64,000 bases of DNA from Trueperaceae bacterium (GTDB lineage: Bacteria > Deinococcota > Deinococci > Deinococcales > Trueperaceae): NCBI GenBank assembly GCA_965214405.1, contig OZ243956.1, positions 1 through 64,000 on the forward strand. The letters are read 5' to 3'. Shown here in pieces: positions 49,658 to 59,953 of this stretch (positions within the stretch are counted from its first letter, which is position 1; each line of letters opens with the position of its first letter). The notes beneath the pieces are model-generated. The model made no database searches. It saw only the letters and a program-made list of their open reading frames with translations, and had not been told where the DNA came from. The translations under genes were made by a program, and so were the position numbers.

Positions 49658-50605
49658 GTGAGCAGCGCTAACACAAAGGCGTCGTTAGTAGAACCCACGT
49701 CGCCGAAGCGGCAGCGGAGTTTTTTTTGCCGCAAGAGAATGGTGGGGTACGCCTTTCTGGCACCTTTCATGCTGGTCTTCTTCGTCTTTCAGCTCCTGCC
49801 GGTCGGTTACGCCCTGTGGCAGAGCGTGTTTGCGACCACCCGCTCCGGCCTCGGCATCGGCGCGGCGACAACTCGCTTCGTGGGGTTTGAAAACTACGCG
49901 CGGGCGCTCCAGGACCAGGAATTTATCGCGGGCGTGTTGCGCATGTTGCTCTTCGGCGTCGTTCAGGTGCCGATTATGCTCGGTTTGGCGCTGCTCTTGG
50001 CGCTGCTGTTCGACTCGAGCTTGGCGGTGTTCAGGCAGTTTTTTCAGCTCTCGGCCTTTTTGCCCTACGCGCTGCCGGGCATCGTCGCGTCTATCTTGTG
50101 GTCTTTTTTATATTTGCCCGGCGTGAGCCCGGTGGTGTCGGCGCTCGAGGCGCTAAACTTACCGCACAATTTTTTGGGGGCCGGGGCCGTGCTGTGGTCG
50201 ATCGCCAACATCGTGACCTGGCAGTGGACGGGCTACAACATGCTCATTATTTTCGCGGCGTTACAGGCGCTGCCGCGAGACATCTTTGAGGCGGCCCGGA
50301 TCGACGGCGCGAGCGAGTTTCAGCTCAACACCCGCATCAAAGTGCCGCTGGTGTTCCCGGCGGTGATTCTCACCGCCGTGTTTTCGATTATCGGCACGCT
50401 GCAACTCTTTTCCGAACCGATGATCGTCAGGACGCTGACGAACAACGTCACCTCGAAATTCACCCCGAACATGGCGGCTTACAACATCGCCTTTAACGGC
50501 AACAACCCGAACTACGCCGCGGCTGTCGCCGTCGTCCTGGCGGTCGCCACCTTTGTCCTGTCGTTCGGTTTTATGCGGCTCGCGCAGCGAGGCGTGGGCG
50601 AATGA
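49658..50605 (+). CDS. Carbohydrate ABC transporter permease
   Basis: WQWTGYNM, IFEAARIDGA; GTG start after AGGAG (alternative ATG at 49637). Confidence 0.92.
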   Translation: MSSANTKASLVEPTSPKRQRSFFCRKRMVGYAFLAPFMLVFFVFQLLPVGYALWQSVFATTRSGLGIGAATTRFVGFENYARALQDQEFIAGVLRMLLFGVVQVPIMLGLALLLALLFDSSLAVFRQFFQLSAFLPYALPGIVASILWSFLYLPGVSPVVSALEALNLPHNFLGAGAVLWSIANIVTWQWTGYNMLIIFAALQALPRDIFEAARIDGASEFQLNTRIKVPLVFPAVILTAVFSIIGTLQLFSEPMIVRTLTNNVTSKFTPNMAAYNIAFNGNNPNYAAAVAVVLAVATFVLSFGFMRLAQRGVGE

Positions 50606-51465
50606 GCGCCCGGCGTAGCGCGCTGACCCCGGCCCTCGGGTCGCGGACGCTCACCACTATTTTTCTAGTTGTCATCGCAGGGTACTGCTTGCTGCCGGTG
50701 TCCTGGCTGATTTTTGCCGCGACCAAGAGTACGGGCGACCTGTACAGCTCGTTCGGCTTCTGGTTCGCGGACTTTAACCTGTTCGACAACCTCAGGCGGC
50801 TCGGCGCGGAGGACGGCGGCGTGTTCGTCCGCTGGATGCTCAACTCGGTGCTGTACGCGGGCGTGGGCGGCTTTTTGGGGATGCTCCTGTCCGCGCTGGC
50901 CGGGTACGCGCTCGCCAAACACGAGTTCGCCGGGCGGGAGCTTGTGTTCGGCGTTATCCTGGGCGGGGTGCTTATTCCGGGCGCGATCCTGGCGCTGCCG
51001 CTGTTTTTGCTACTCAGCAAGATCGGGCTGACCAACACCTACTTGGGCGTGCTGCTGCCGAGTCTGGTCAGTCCGTTCGGCGTGTACCTGTCGCGGGTCT
51101 ACGCGGCGGCCTCGGTGCCGGATGAACTGCTCGAGGCCGCCCGCGTCGACGGCTCGGGCGAGTTCAGGACCTTTTTTACTATCGTGTTGCGGATTATGGG
51201 ACCCGCGCTGGTCACAATTTTTCTTTTTCAGTTCGTGGCGATCTGGAACAACTTTTTCCTGCCGCTGGTCGTCTTAAGCAACAACGACCTCTTTCCCGTG
51301 ACGCTCGGGCTCTACGCGTGGCAGGGTCAAGCGCTGGGCGATCCCGACATCGTCAGCTTGGTGATTACCGGCTCGCTGGTCGCCAGCATCCCGCTCGTTA
51401 TCTTGTTTTTCATGCTGCAACGCTACTGGCGCGCGGGCGCGACGGCGGGCGCGGTGAAAGGCTAA
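50602..51465 (+). CDS. Carbohydrate ABC transporter permease
   Basis: LLEAARVDGS, WNNFFLP, GAVKG end. Confidence 0.92.
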   Translation: MSARRSALTPALGSRTLTTIFLVVIAGYCLLPVSWLIFAATKSTGDLYSSFGFWFADFNLFDNLRRLGAEDGGVFVRWMLNSVLYAGVGGFLGMLLSALAGYALAKHEFAGRELVFGVILGGVLIPGAILALPLFLLLSKIGLTNTYLGVLLPSLVSPFGVYLSRVYAAASVPDELLEAARVDGSGEFRTFFTIVLRIMGPALVTIFLFQFVAIWNNFFLPLVVLSNNDLFPVTLGLYAWQGQALGDPDIVSLVITGSLVASIPLVILFFMLQRYWRAGATAGAVKG

Positions 51466-51547
51466 TTGGGAAGCCTTCTCATAAGCGTGCCCAAAGTTTT
51501 GTCAATACTAATGCTCAACCAATGCCCTATACGACTGAACTCGACCG

Positions 51548-52240
51548 TCACCGCAACGGAGCGCGCGTCCCCTGAACCTTCTTTGCAAGCCAAACCGTGT
51601 GCCGCGCGCCGCGCTTCCCATGTGCCCGCACCCGCTCCTCTGTAACCACGAATCCTAACCTGCTCAGACGCCGCGCGAACGCCGGGCTCGGATGCGCCGA
51701 CCACACCGCCAGGACGCCGCCGGATCTAAGCGACGTAAAGGCCGCCGCCAAGCCGCTCACCGAGTAGAGCCACGCGTTATTCTCCTGCGTCAGCCCCTCG
51801 GGGCCGTTGTCGACGTCGAGGAGGATGGCGTGAAAGCTCGAGCCCCCGTCCAACAGCCCAGCCACATCCCCTTCAACCACCGTCACGCGTTTGTCACGAA
51901 TGGGATACTGGTTGAGGCCGCCCAGCGCCCCCCGGTTCCACCTGACAACCTCGGGAACGAGTTCGGCAACCGTCACTTTGCTGTCAGGGCCGAGCGCGTC
52001 CAGCACCGCCCGCAGCGTAAAGCCCATGCCGAGACCGCCGACAAGCACCCTGGCCGCCTCTGTATGGTCCAGTTTTTCACACGCGAGACGCGCCAGCGCC
52101 CTCTCCGAACCGTGCCCGCGGCTATTCATCAGCTCGATGTTGGCGAGCCTAAGCGAGAACTCCGCGCCGCGCCGGTACAGCTTGAGCGCGTCTCCCCCGC
52201 CGGGCACGCGGGCGCTGCCGACCAACTCCCAGGGGATCAC
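51548..52240 (-). CDS. Spermidine-synthase-like SAM-dependent methyltransferase
   Basis: ELMNSR.HGSE, VLVGGLGMGFT, ILLDVDNGP. Confidence 0.8.
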   Translation of the reverse strand: MIPWELVGSARVPGGGDALKLYRRGAEFSLRLANIELMNSRGHGSERALARLACEKLDHTEAARVLVGGLGMGFTLRAVLDALGPDSKVTVAELVPEVVRWNRGALGGLNQYPIRDKRVTVVEGDVAGLLDGGSSFHAILLDVDNGPEGLTQENNAWLYSVSGLAAAFTSLRSGGVLAVWSAHPSPAFARRLSRLGFVVTEERVRAHGKRGARHTVWLAKKVQGTRAPLR

Positions 52241-52425
52241 GAAGAAGTCACAGTCATAAAAAAGTTACAAGGTCTTGGTAGAAGTGTTGAGGACCGGGTT
52301 CAAAGTCTTCTCAGGATTCGGATCTCGGCACTTAACTTCTCCCTAGTATAAACCTCCTACTTGGTAACGACAAAACCTGAGCCCGCACAAAACGGTGAAA
52401 GCTCACCCATCTGGAAACCGGGAGC

Positions 52426-52461
52426 AAAAGAAAAACCCTGGGTCACTTTGACCCAGGGTTT
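52426..52461 (-). terminator. Intrinsic terminator of tmRNA
   Basis: AAACCCTGGGTCA-3nt-TGACCCAGGGTTT followed by T runs on the minus strand. Confidence 0.85.
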
Positions 52462-52462
52462 C

Positions 52463-52834
52463 TGGTGGAGGCGGCGGGAGTCGAACCCGCGTCCAAAACC
52501 CCCTCAGACCGGCTTCTACGCGTGTAGCCCCTGATTGGGTTGTCGGCTCGGGGCGCGCTTCAAGGGCGGGCGCTTAAACCCCGAGCTTACGCGCCTTTGT
52601 TTTCGCCTCGGTCCGACGCTGGAAACCTTTGGCTAGCCCGTTTTAGGACGTTCCGCTAGCGAGCCACAGGCAGGGCTTCTAAGGAACGGTTAGCCACAAT
52701 TAAGCAGCTAGTGCAAAGCTCTGACGAGCATTGTTGTTGCCAGTTAATGGCTTTGCCGCTTTTTTAAGAGGCCAACGGCACCCTCTACGCGCGACCAAAT
52801 CTTTGCGAGGCCCTGTCGAGACCAGGTCGCCCCC
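52463..52834 (-). ncRNA. ssrA: Transfer-messenger RNA; tag ORF at 52700-52741 encodes GNNNARQSFALAA
   Basis: 5' GGGGGCGAC..., 3' GGGTTCGACTCCCGCCGCCTCCACCA tRNA-Ala-like end, tag ending ALAA*. Confidence 0.95.
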
Positions 52835-52875
52835 AAAAGGTTTGACGCCCTCGCCACTGGCGAAAGGTAACACTG

Positions 52876-52905
52876 AGTATAACGCATCAGGGGGCGCTAG
52901 GTCAA
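52876..52905 (-). promoter_or_regulatory. ssrA promoter
   Basis: TTGACC-18-TATACT on the minus strand. Confidence 0.6.
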
Positions 52906-53031
52906 TAAATCTGATACACCCGAACTCATATCTGGGTAGGCACAAGGCTGACAAGGAGGTATAAGACTGGGCGAGCGGCTCGAGCACACGCAACGTAGAA
53001 GCGCGGCAGCTTATTCGTTAAGCTGGATGTC

Positions 53032-53625
53032 ATGAGTCCCGTCGAGGTTCTTTTGCAGTTCGGCACCGTTTTCTTAGGCGCGTTTCTGGCGTTCGTGATA
53101 GAGAACGTGCGGGAGCGCCGCCGTTTGAAGGGCTGGGTGCGAAGGTATCTGGAACGGTTCTACGGCGATTTGCGAGAAGGGATTACCGCACAAGAAGAGG
53201 TGATCGAAGAGCTCCGAAAGTTGGTCGAGGTCTACCAGACATTCATCGAGGCGGACCCTTCCGACGACGTAACCCCTCAGTGGCTGGCGCTGTTGGGGAT
53301 GTCCTACACGGTGGGTGACGACTTTAAGATTTTGCTCGAGGGCGAAGCCCTGCGCGTGCTGCCTACCGAGGTGGTGCGCGCGGTTAACGAACTCCAGAAG
53401 ATGAACGACGCCAACGGTGTGCTTGGCCGCCTTTTGGCCGACCTACACGGGCGTTACGTGGTTCCCGTCGCCCTGGTCAAGGCGTGGCCGCCCAGTGAAC
53501 ATGACCGCGCCGCTCTGGACTACTTTAAGCGCGTGGCGGACGTGAGCCTAGCGTACCAAAAGAGATTTTTAGAGGCCATGAGGGAGGTCCGGGCGGTTTT
53601 AGAGCGCCATCAGCTCGTTTCGTGA
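53032..53625 (+). CDS. Hypothetical protein with N-terminal membrane anchor
   Basis: VFLGAFLAFVIENVRERR followed by a helical soluble domain. Confidence 0.65.
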   Translation: MSPVEVLLQFGTVFLGAFLAFVIENVRERRRLKGWVRRYLERFYGDLREGITAQEEVIEELRKLVEVYQTFIEADPSDDVTPQWLALLGMSYTVGDDFKILLEGEALRVLPTEVVRAVNELQKMNDANGVLGRLLADLHGRYVVPVALVKAWPPSEHDRAALDYFKRVADVSLAYQKRFLEAMREVRAVLERHQLVS

Positions 53626-53643
53626 GGCTGCTATACTTTCCTT

Positions 53644-55185
53644 ATGGACAGCGCCGTCTCGATGCAGAACATCACCAAACGCTTTCCTTTGGTGCTGGCG
53701 AATGACCGGGTGGACTTCGGCGTGAACTGGGGCGAGGTTCACGCGCTCATCGGCGAGAACGGCGCGGGCAAGAGCACGCTGATGAAGATTCTTTACGGGC
53801 TCCAGCTCCCCGACGCGGGCGAGATCTTTGTGGACGGCAAGCCCGTCGCCGTCCACAGCGCCAAGGACGCGATTCGGTTGGGCATCGGCATGGTCCACCA
53901 GCACTTTATGCTGATCGAGCCCCTGTCGGTCGCCGAAAATATGGTGCTCGGCTCGGAGCCGACGACGGGGCCGTCGCTGAATTACCGCGCGGCGAGAACG
54001 CGGACGCGCGACCTCATCGGGCGCTTCGGTTTTGACATCGACCCCGACAGCAAGATTGAAGACTTGCCTTTGGGGCTCCAGCAGCAGGTCGAAATCCTCA
54101 AGACGCTCTACCGCGACGCGCGCATTCTCGTGATGGACGAGCCCACCGCGGTCTTGACGCCGCAGGAAACGCGCGGGCTTTTTCGTTTCGTCCGCGACTT
54201 TGCCGCCGCGGGCCACGCGGTCGTCTTTATCTCGCACAAGTTAGATGAGGTGATGGAGATTTGCGACCGCATGAGCGTGATGCGCGACGGGCGCATGATC
54301 GGCACCGTCGCGCGGGAGGATACCGACCAGCGGCGGCTGGCGACGATGATGGTGGGGCGCGAGGTGATCTTGCGCGTCGAGAAGGAGCCGCCCGAGCCCA
54401 AGGAGGTGAGGCTCGAGCTTGACGCCCTCACCGTTAAAGACCCCCTCAAGGGCAAGCCGGTCGTGGACGGCGTGTCGTTTGCGCTCCGTGCGGGTGAGAT
54501 TTTGGGCGTCGCCGGAATCGAGGGCAACGGGCAGTCCGAGCTTGTCGAGGGGGTTACCGGGCTCCGCAAGGTGGACGGGGGGCGCGTGCTGATGGGGGGG
54601 CAGGACGTGACCGATAAAAGCGCCAAAGCCCGCCGCGAGGGGGGGCTCTCGCACATTCCCGAGGACAGGTTTGAGCGCGGGCTGGTGGCGACCTACAGCG
54701 CCGCGATGAACAGCATCCTGGGTGACCACACCCACGCGCCCTACAGCGGCCCTTTAGGATTTTTGGACGAGCGTAAGATCGAAGCGCACGCCGAAAAGCT
54801 GGTGCGTGACTACGACGTGCGGCCCGCGTCGATTACCGTGCCCGCGGGGAGCTATTCGGGCGGCAACGCGCAAAAACTCATCGTGGCGCGAGAGCTCGAG
54901 CGCGCCCCCCGCATCCTCATCGCCTCGCAGCCCACGCGCGGCGTGGATATCGGCGCGATTGAGTTTATCCACAAGCAAATCGTGCGGGCGCGTGACGAGG
55001 GATTAGCGGTGCTGCTCATTTCGGCCGACCTTAACGAGGTGATGAGTCTGTCCGACCGCATCTTGGTCCTTTATGAGGGCCGGGTCATGGGTGAGCTCTC
55101 GCAAGAGGAGGCGACGGCGGAGACGTTGGGGTTGCTTATGGCGGGCTCGAGGGTGTCGGGGGACGCGGTGGTGGGAGAGGCGTAG
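53644..55185 (+). CDS. CUT2-type dual-domain ABC ATPase (nucleoside/sugar, NupA/YufO-like)
   Basis: [34 protein letters not shown]. Confidence 0.92.
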   Translation: MDSAVSMQNITKRFPLVLANDRVDFGVNWGEVHALIGENGAGKSTLMKILYGLQLPDAGEIFVDGKPVAVHSAKDAIRLGIGMVHQHFMLIEPLSVAENMVLGSEPTTGPSLNYRAARTRTRDLIGRFGFDIDPDSKIEDLPLGLQQQVEILKTLYRDARILVMDEPTAVLTPQETRGLFRFVRDFAAAGHAVVFISHKLDEVMEICDRMSVMRDGRMIGTVAREDTDQRRLATMMVGREVILRVEKEPPEPKEVRLELDALTVKDPLKGKPVVDGVSFALRAGEILGVAGIEGNGQSELVEGVTGLRKVDGGRVLMGGQDVTDKSAKARREGGLSHIPEDRFERGLVATYSAAMNSILGDHTHAPYSGPLGFLDERKIEAHAEKLVRDYDVRPASITVPAGSYSGGNAQKLIVARELERAPRILIASQPTRGVDIGAIEFIHKQIVRARDEGLAVLLISADLNEVMSLSDRILVLYEGRVMGELSQEEATAETLGLLMAGSRVSGDAVVGEA

Positions 55186-55384
55186 CGCGTCTGAGATCTT
55201 GGGCTACGCAACGAGCATGTTGACGGGTAGGGTCCAGCCCGGCACGGCGGGTTCGGCCTCTGCTACGTTACCCCAGCGGTAGACGAGGGTGTTGCACCCG
55301 ACCGCCTGTAGCCTGCGCCTGTTCTTCTCGGGTGGCGGGTAAGGTTGAGCGATATTATGATTCAGATCATGGAATAATGGTGGG

Positions 55385-57706
55385 ATGAATGACAAATCTG
55401 TTGGACCTACCGGCGACCCTGGACCGGAGGATGGGCGGGTCGAACCCGTAACGGCGGGCGGGCTCGAGACCGAAGCGCCCAAGGACGTTCAGCAGCAGGT
55501 TGAGGAGCACGAAGCGCAGCAGTCGCAGAAATTCGGCACCTTCGGCGGCGTGTTCACGCCGACGCTGCTCACCATCCTCGGCGTGATCATGTACCTGCGC
55601 GAAGGGTGGGTCGTGGGAAACGCCGGTTTGGGTGGGGCGCTGCTCATTATTCTGCTGTCGTTCGCCATCACCGGCGCGACGGGGCTGTCGATGGCGACGT
55701 TCGTGACCAATATCCGCGTCGGCCCGGGCGGCGCCTTTTCAATGATCGCGCAGTCCCTGGGCTTAGAAGCGGGCGGCGCGATTGGCGCGCCCCTGTACAT
55801 CGCGCAGGCCCTCGCCGTGGTGATGTATATCTTCGGCTTCCGCGAGGGCTACTTGTGGGCCGCGGACGCCTGGGGGATTCCGGCCCTGTCGCCCCTGGCT
55901 ATCGACCTGCTCATCTTCGCGGTCATCTTCGGCATTACGATGGTCAGCACGGGCTTGGCTTTTAAGGTCCAGTATGTGATTCTGGCGATCATCATCGGCT
56001 CGCTCGTCTCGGTCGGCATTTCCGCGTTTACAGGCTCACTGGATAATCCCATCGTGTGGTGGGGCGACTTTCGCGGGGGTCCGGAAACCGGCTTCGCAGG
56101 CGTGAGTTTCTGGGCCGTCTTTGCGGTGTTTTTTCCCGCCGCGACCGGTATCATGGCGGGTGCCAACTTATCAGGCGACCTCAAGGACCCGCGTCGCTCG
56201 ATTCCCGTCGGCACCTTGAGCGCCATCGCGCTCAGTCTGGTCGTCTATCTGGCGCTGGCCTACTGGCTCATGCGGGTGGCGACGGTGGACGAGTTGACCG
56301 AAAATTACACCATCATGATTGACCGCGCCTTTTGGGGACCGGCGGTTCTCGGCGGCCTGCTGGCCGCGACGTTTTCGTCGGCGCTGGCCTCGTTTGTTGG
56401 GGCACCCCGGATTCTCGAGGCCTTGGGCAGCCACAGCATCGCGCCCGCGTCGGCCTGGCTCGCCCGGCGCACCCGGAAGGGCGAGCCGCGCAACGCTACG
56501 TTCGTCACCGCGGTCATCGTCTTGGCGGCCATCATGCTCCGCGAACTCAACGCCATCGCGCCGCTCGTGGCGATGATCTTCCTGCTCACCTACGCGACCA
56601 TCAACCTCGTCGTAGCAACCGAGCAAAGTTTGCGGCTGATCAGCTTCCGCCCCCTCTTGCGCGTGCCCAAGGCGGTGCCGATGCTCGGGCTGGCGGGCTG
56701 TTTGTTCGCCATGTTTATTATCAACCCCACCTTTAGTTTGATAGCGGTGGGCGTGGTGGTGGCGCTCTACTACCTCCTGATGAAGCGGCGCTTGACGGCC
56801 CCCAGCGGCGACGTGCGTAGCGGCCTGTTCACCGCCTTAGCCGAATGGGGGGCCAAGCAGGTCAAGCTGTCCCAGGGCACCACCGAACGGGCCTGGAAGC
56901 CCAACCTGCTGCTGCCGGTGGAAGACCCGAACCGCTTGCAGGGGACCTTCGAGTTGGTCGAGCAACTGGCGTATCCGATGGGCTCGATCAAGCTGCTCGG
57001 CATCGCGCCCGCGGCCCGCATTGACGACCTTCAGAAACGCCTGCTGGACGCGCAGCAGGCGTTTACGGACGCGGGGGTCTTTACCTCCTCGAGCGTGATG
57101 GAAACCGACCGCTTCCCCGACGACGTGCGCGTCGGGATGCAGGCGCTGGCGGGTTCGTTTTTTCGCCCGAATTTGCTCTTCCTCGAGCTTCCCAAAGGAA
57201 CAGAAACCCACGAATCGTTGCAGCGCGTGATTCACGAAGCGAAGCGTCAGCGTATGGGCGTCGCGCTGTTTGTGCGGCACGACACGTCCGGCTTGGGACG
57301 GCGCAAGCGCATCAACCTGTGGATTCCCGACCAGGGTCCCGACTGGACGCTGGAAATGGAGTTCACAGACCTTGACTTAGCCATCCTGCTGGCCTACCGG
57401 ATGCTGGATAGTTGGACTGATGCGGAGCTCACCGTCATCGCGGCGGTCGAGAAGGAAGCCGATAAAGAGAAGGCGACGACGTTTCTCGCCCGCTTGGTCG
57501 ACCTCGCCCGCTTGCCAGCCGACACCGCGGCGCACGTGGCCGACGGCGATTTCGGCCGTTACGCCAGCAGCGCCCCGGAAGCCGATTTGAATGTGTTCCC
57601 CCTCCCGGCGGAACTCGACGCGGACTTTTTGTGGAGTCTCCGCGACGCGACGGGCTCGTCGTGTCTTTTTACGCAGGACAGTGGCGATGAGAGCGCGCTG
57701 GCCTAG
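55385..57706 (+). CDS. Cation-chloride cotransporter family (SLC12-like APC permease)
   Basis: KFGTFGGVFTPTLLTILGVIMYLR, FAVFFPAATGIMAGANLSGDL, WKPNLL, FFRPN. Confidence 0.85.
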   Translation: MNDKSVGPTGDPGPEDGRVEPVTAGGLETEAPKDVQQQVEEHEAQQSQKFGTFGGVFTPTLLTILGVIMYLREGWVVGNAGLGGALLIILLSFAITGATGLSMATFVTNIRVGPGGAFSMIAQSLGLEAGGAIGAPLYIAQALAVVMYIFGFREGYLWAADAWGIPALSPLAIDLLIFAVIFGITMVSTGLAFKVQYVILAIIIGSLVSVGISAFTGSLDNPIVWWGDFRGGPETGFAGVSFWAVFAVFFPAATGIMAGANLSGDLKDPRRSIPVGTLSAIALSLVVYLALAYWLMRVATVDELTENYTIMIDRAFWGPAVLGGLLAATFSSALASFVGAPRILEALGSHSIAPASAWLARRTRKGEPRNATFVTAVIVLAAIMLRELNAIAPLVAMIFLLTYATINLVVATEQSLRLISFRPLLRVPKAVPMLGLAGCLFAMFIINPTFSLIAVGVVVALYYLLMKRRLTAPSGDVRSGLFTALAEWGAKQVKLSQGTTERAWKPNLLLPVEDPNRLQGTFELVEQLAYPMGSIKLLGIAPAARIDDLQKRLLDAQQAFTDAGVFTSSSVMETDRFPDDVRVGMQALAGSFFRPNLLFLELPKGTETHESLQRVIHEAKRQRMGVALFVRHDTSGLGRRKRINLWIPDQGPDWTLEMEFTDLDLAILLAYRMLDSWTDAELTVIAAVEKEADKEKATTFLARLVDLARLPADTAAHVADGDFGRYASSAPEADLNVFPLPAELDADFLWSLRDATGSSCLFTQDSGDESALA

Positions 57707-58014
57707 AATCAGCTTGAAGGCCTGAGGGCTCGTCAACGTCATACAAACCTTTCTGGGTGCTTGCGCCGCTCGAGCGTTCGTGGCGGATTTAGGAGCACCG
57801 AGAAAGGCAAAGCTGAACACGGCTCATGAAGGAAAAAGCGGGCGGCATTCTGTCAAGCCGGATGGAGAAGCGTCGGCAGCCGCCACCGAGCAGCACCTCG
57901 TTATGGCGGCTCGAGCCTTTCTGCGGAAGTCACTGGAGCTATTCTCTAGCATTCTCTTATATTTTCTCTAGGTTACCTGTTATTTTTGAAGGATAAAAAG
58001 CATACATCTTAGAT

Positions 58015-58677
58015 TTACCCTGTGCGCATTACACGGCTGCTCAACGTCTTGACACCACTTGTCGTTTCGATATGCGCCACCAGAAAGGGGGCGTCGCCAG
58101 ACCCGAGCGCGCGGACGTCCGCGAGGTGCGCCGCGTCTACGCTCGACAAAACGTTGGTCAACCACTCGGGCTGAGGGTGGTAAAGCTCGAGCCGCTTTAA
58201 GGCGCAGCCAAGGTCGGCCACCGCGTCGGCGGGGTGGGTTTGGGTGAGCCATTGGATAAGGTAAGGGGCCATCCCGCCCGCCAAAAGCCTGCCGTCGTCG
58301 GGCATCCCGAAAAGCCAGCGCAGGTCGCCCCGGCTCACTTCTGTGGGCTCACCAAAAGAGAAGGAGGTCCGGTGGGGCTCGAGTTTAGGCGTGTTAACCA
58401 CCCAAGCGAGGAGTTGCGGCTCCTGAGCGAGGCGCGCGCGGACGAAGGGGTCGTCGAGACCGTACCAGCGGGGTCGCGCGGGCGCGGGCGCGGCGGAGTT
58501 GACGGCAATAAGCTCGAGAAAAACCCCGTGACCCAGCCGCATCAGGTGGTTATGAGTGCCCATAAGCGGATGCTCCCCACCTTTGGGTACGTCGACGCCT
58601 AAGTGTTCTTTGAGGTAGTGGACGCCTTGCTCGAGCGACGACGCGCCCACGACGATATGGTCCAAAGCGGTTCTCAC
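58015..58677 (-). CDS. VOC/glyoxalase-like (Glyoxalase_3) protein
   Basis: LDHIVV, GGEHPLMGTHNHL, LELIA, PYLIQW. Confidence 0.85.
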   Translation of the reverse strand: MRTALDHIVVGASSLEQGVHYLKEHLGVDVPKGGEHPLMGTHNHLMRLGHGVFLELIAVNSAAPAPARPRWYGLDDPFVRARLAQEPQLLAWVVNTPKLEPHRTSFSFGEPTEVSRGDLRWLFGMPDDGRLLAGGMAPYLIQWLTQTHPADAVADLGCALKRLELYHPQPEWLTNVLSSVDAAHLADVRALGSGDAPFLVAHIETTSGVKTLSSRVMRTG

Positions 58678-58768
58678 GCGCGTCCTACCGAAGCGGCTGT
58701 CACCCCAGCGTGGTGGGCTGACCCTATGCGCGCGGTGCGGTTTCTGTCAAGAGAGCGCCAAGACCTCA

Positions 58769-59953
58769 TCAAGTCGCGTCCAGAAACCGCCTCAGCCGCG
58801 CCGCGAGCTGGGGGAACTCGATCAAAAATGCGTCGTGACCGTGCGGCGAGGTGATGCGGGCGTAGGAGGCGTTGGGTAAAGCTTTGGCGAGCGCTTTGGC
58901 CTCGGCTTCGGGATAGAGCACGTCGCTGTCGATGCCCATCACGAGCGCGGGCATGACTATGCGGGCGAGCACGTCGGTTAAGCGACCGCGGCCTTCGGCG
59001 AGGTCGTAGTCGTCCATCGCGCGGGTGAGGTAGAGGTAGGTGTTGGCGTCGAAGCGCTTGACGAGCTTGACTCCTTGGTAGGCGAGGTAGGATTCAATTT
59101 CAAAAGAGTGTTCCAAAAGTTCGCGCGAGGCGCTCACGCGGTCGCGGCCAAACTTGGCCTCCAAAGAGTCCACCGAGCGGTAGGAAAGCATGGCGACCGC
59201 ACGCGCCAGGCCGAGGCCCGTTTCGGGGGGGGTCCGGGGGTCGTAGCGCCCGCCTCGCCAGGCGGGGTCTGCGGTGATGGCGCGGCGCGCCACCTCGTTC
59301 AGGCCGATCGCCCAAGCCGAATGCCGCGCGCCGATGGCGATGGGAACGACTTTACGCACCCGCTCGGGGTGCGTGGCGGCCCACTCGAGCACCTGCATCC
59401 CCCCCATCGAGCCGCCGACGACCGCGTGGAGCGTACACACGCCCAGGCGGTCCAAGAGCCGCCGCTGCACCTCGACCATGTCGCGGACCGTGTAGCGGGG
59501 GAAGGTGAGGCCGTAGGTCTCCCCCGTCGCCGGATTGACGCTGCTCGGCCCGGTGGTGCCGTAGCAGCCGCCCAAGACGTTGCTACAGACGACGAAGAAG
59601 CGCGCGGTGTCGATGGATCGACCGGGTCCGGTGAGCGGGTCCCACCAGCCGGGCACTTCCCCCACGCCCTCCTGTACGCCCCCCTGAACTCCGGCAGCGT
59701 GCGCGGAGCCGGTGAGCGCGTGCTCTAAGAGGACGGCGTTGTCGCCCGCCCGGTTGAGTTCGCCGTAGGTTTCGAACGCCACCGTCACGTGCTCTAAGAC
59801 GCCGCCGAGCTCGAGCCGCAGGGGGTCTTCGGGCGTGGCGACTTGAAGCGAACGCGGCGTGACCGCGCCCACGCGGCCCGCCGGGTCGGGGCCGGTGCGG
59901 GCCAAGAGGGCGGCGTGGTCGCCCCAGGTTTCGTGGACCAGCGTGCGGCTCAC
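58769..59953 (-). CDS. metX: Homoserine O-acetyltransferase
   Basis: HALTG, NVLGGCYGTTGP, GGSMGG, FDANTY, HGHDAFL. Confidence 0.9.
   Translation of the reverse strand: MSRTLVHETWGDHAALLARTGPDPAGRVGAVTPRSLQVATPEDPLRLELGGVLEHVTVAFETYGELNRAGDNAVLLEHALTGSAHAAGVQGGVQEGVGEVPGWWDPLTGPGRSIDTARFFVVCSNVLGGCYGTTGPSSVNPATGETYGLTFPRYTVRDMVEVQRRLLDRLGVCTLHAVVGGSMGGMQVLEWAATHPERVRKVVPIAIGARHSAWAIGLNEVARRAITADPAWRGGRYDPRTPPETGLGLARAVAMLSYRSVDSLEAKFGRDRVSASRELLEHSFEIESYLAYQGVKLVKRFDANTYLYLTRAMDDYDLAEGRGRLTDVLARIVMPALVMGIDSDVLYPEAEAKALAKALPNASYARITSPHGHDAFLIEFPQLAARLRRFLDAT

Noticed and set aside
52463..52494. tRNA-like 3' end as a tRNA gene or an integration att site
   Set aside because: It belongs to tmRNA; I saw no duplicate of it elsewhere in the window and no adjacent integrase
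52700..52993. 97-aa ORF ending in FALAA
   Set aside because: It is the tmRNA tag frame extended upstream, not a protein gene
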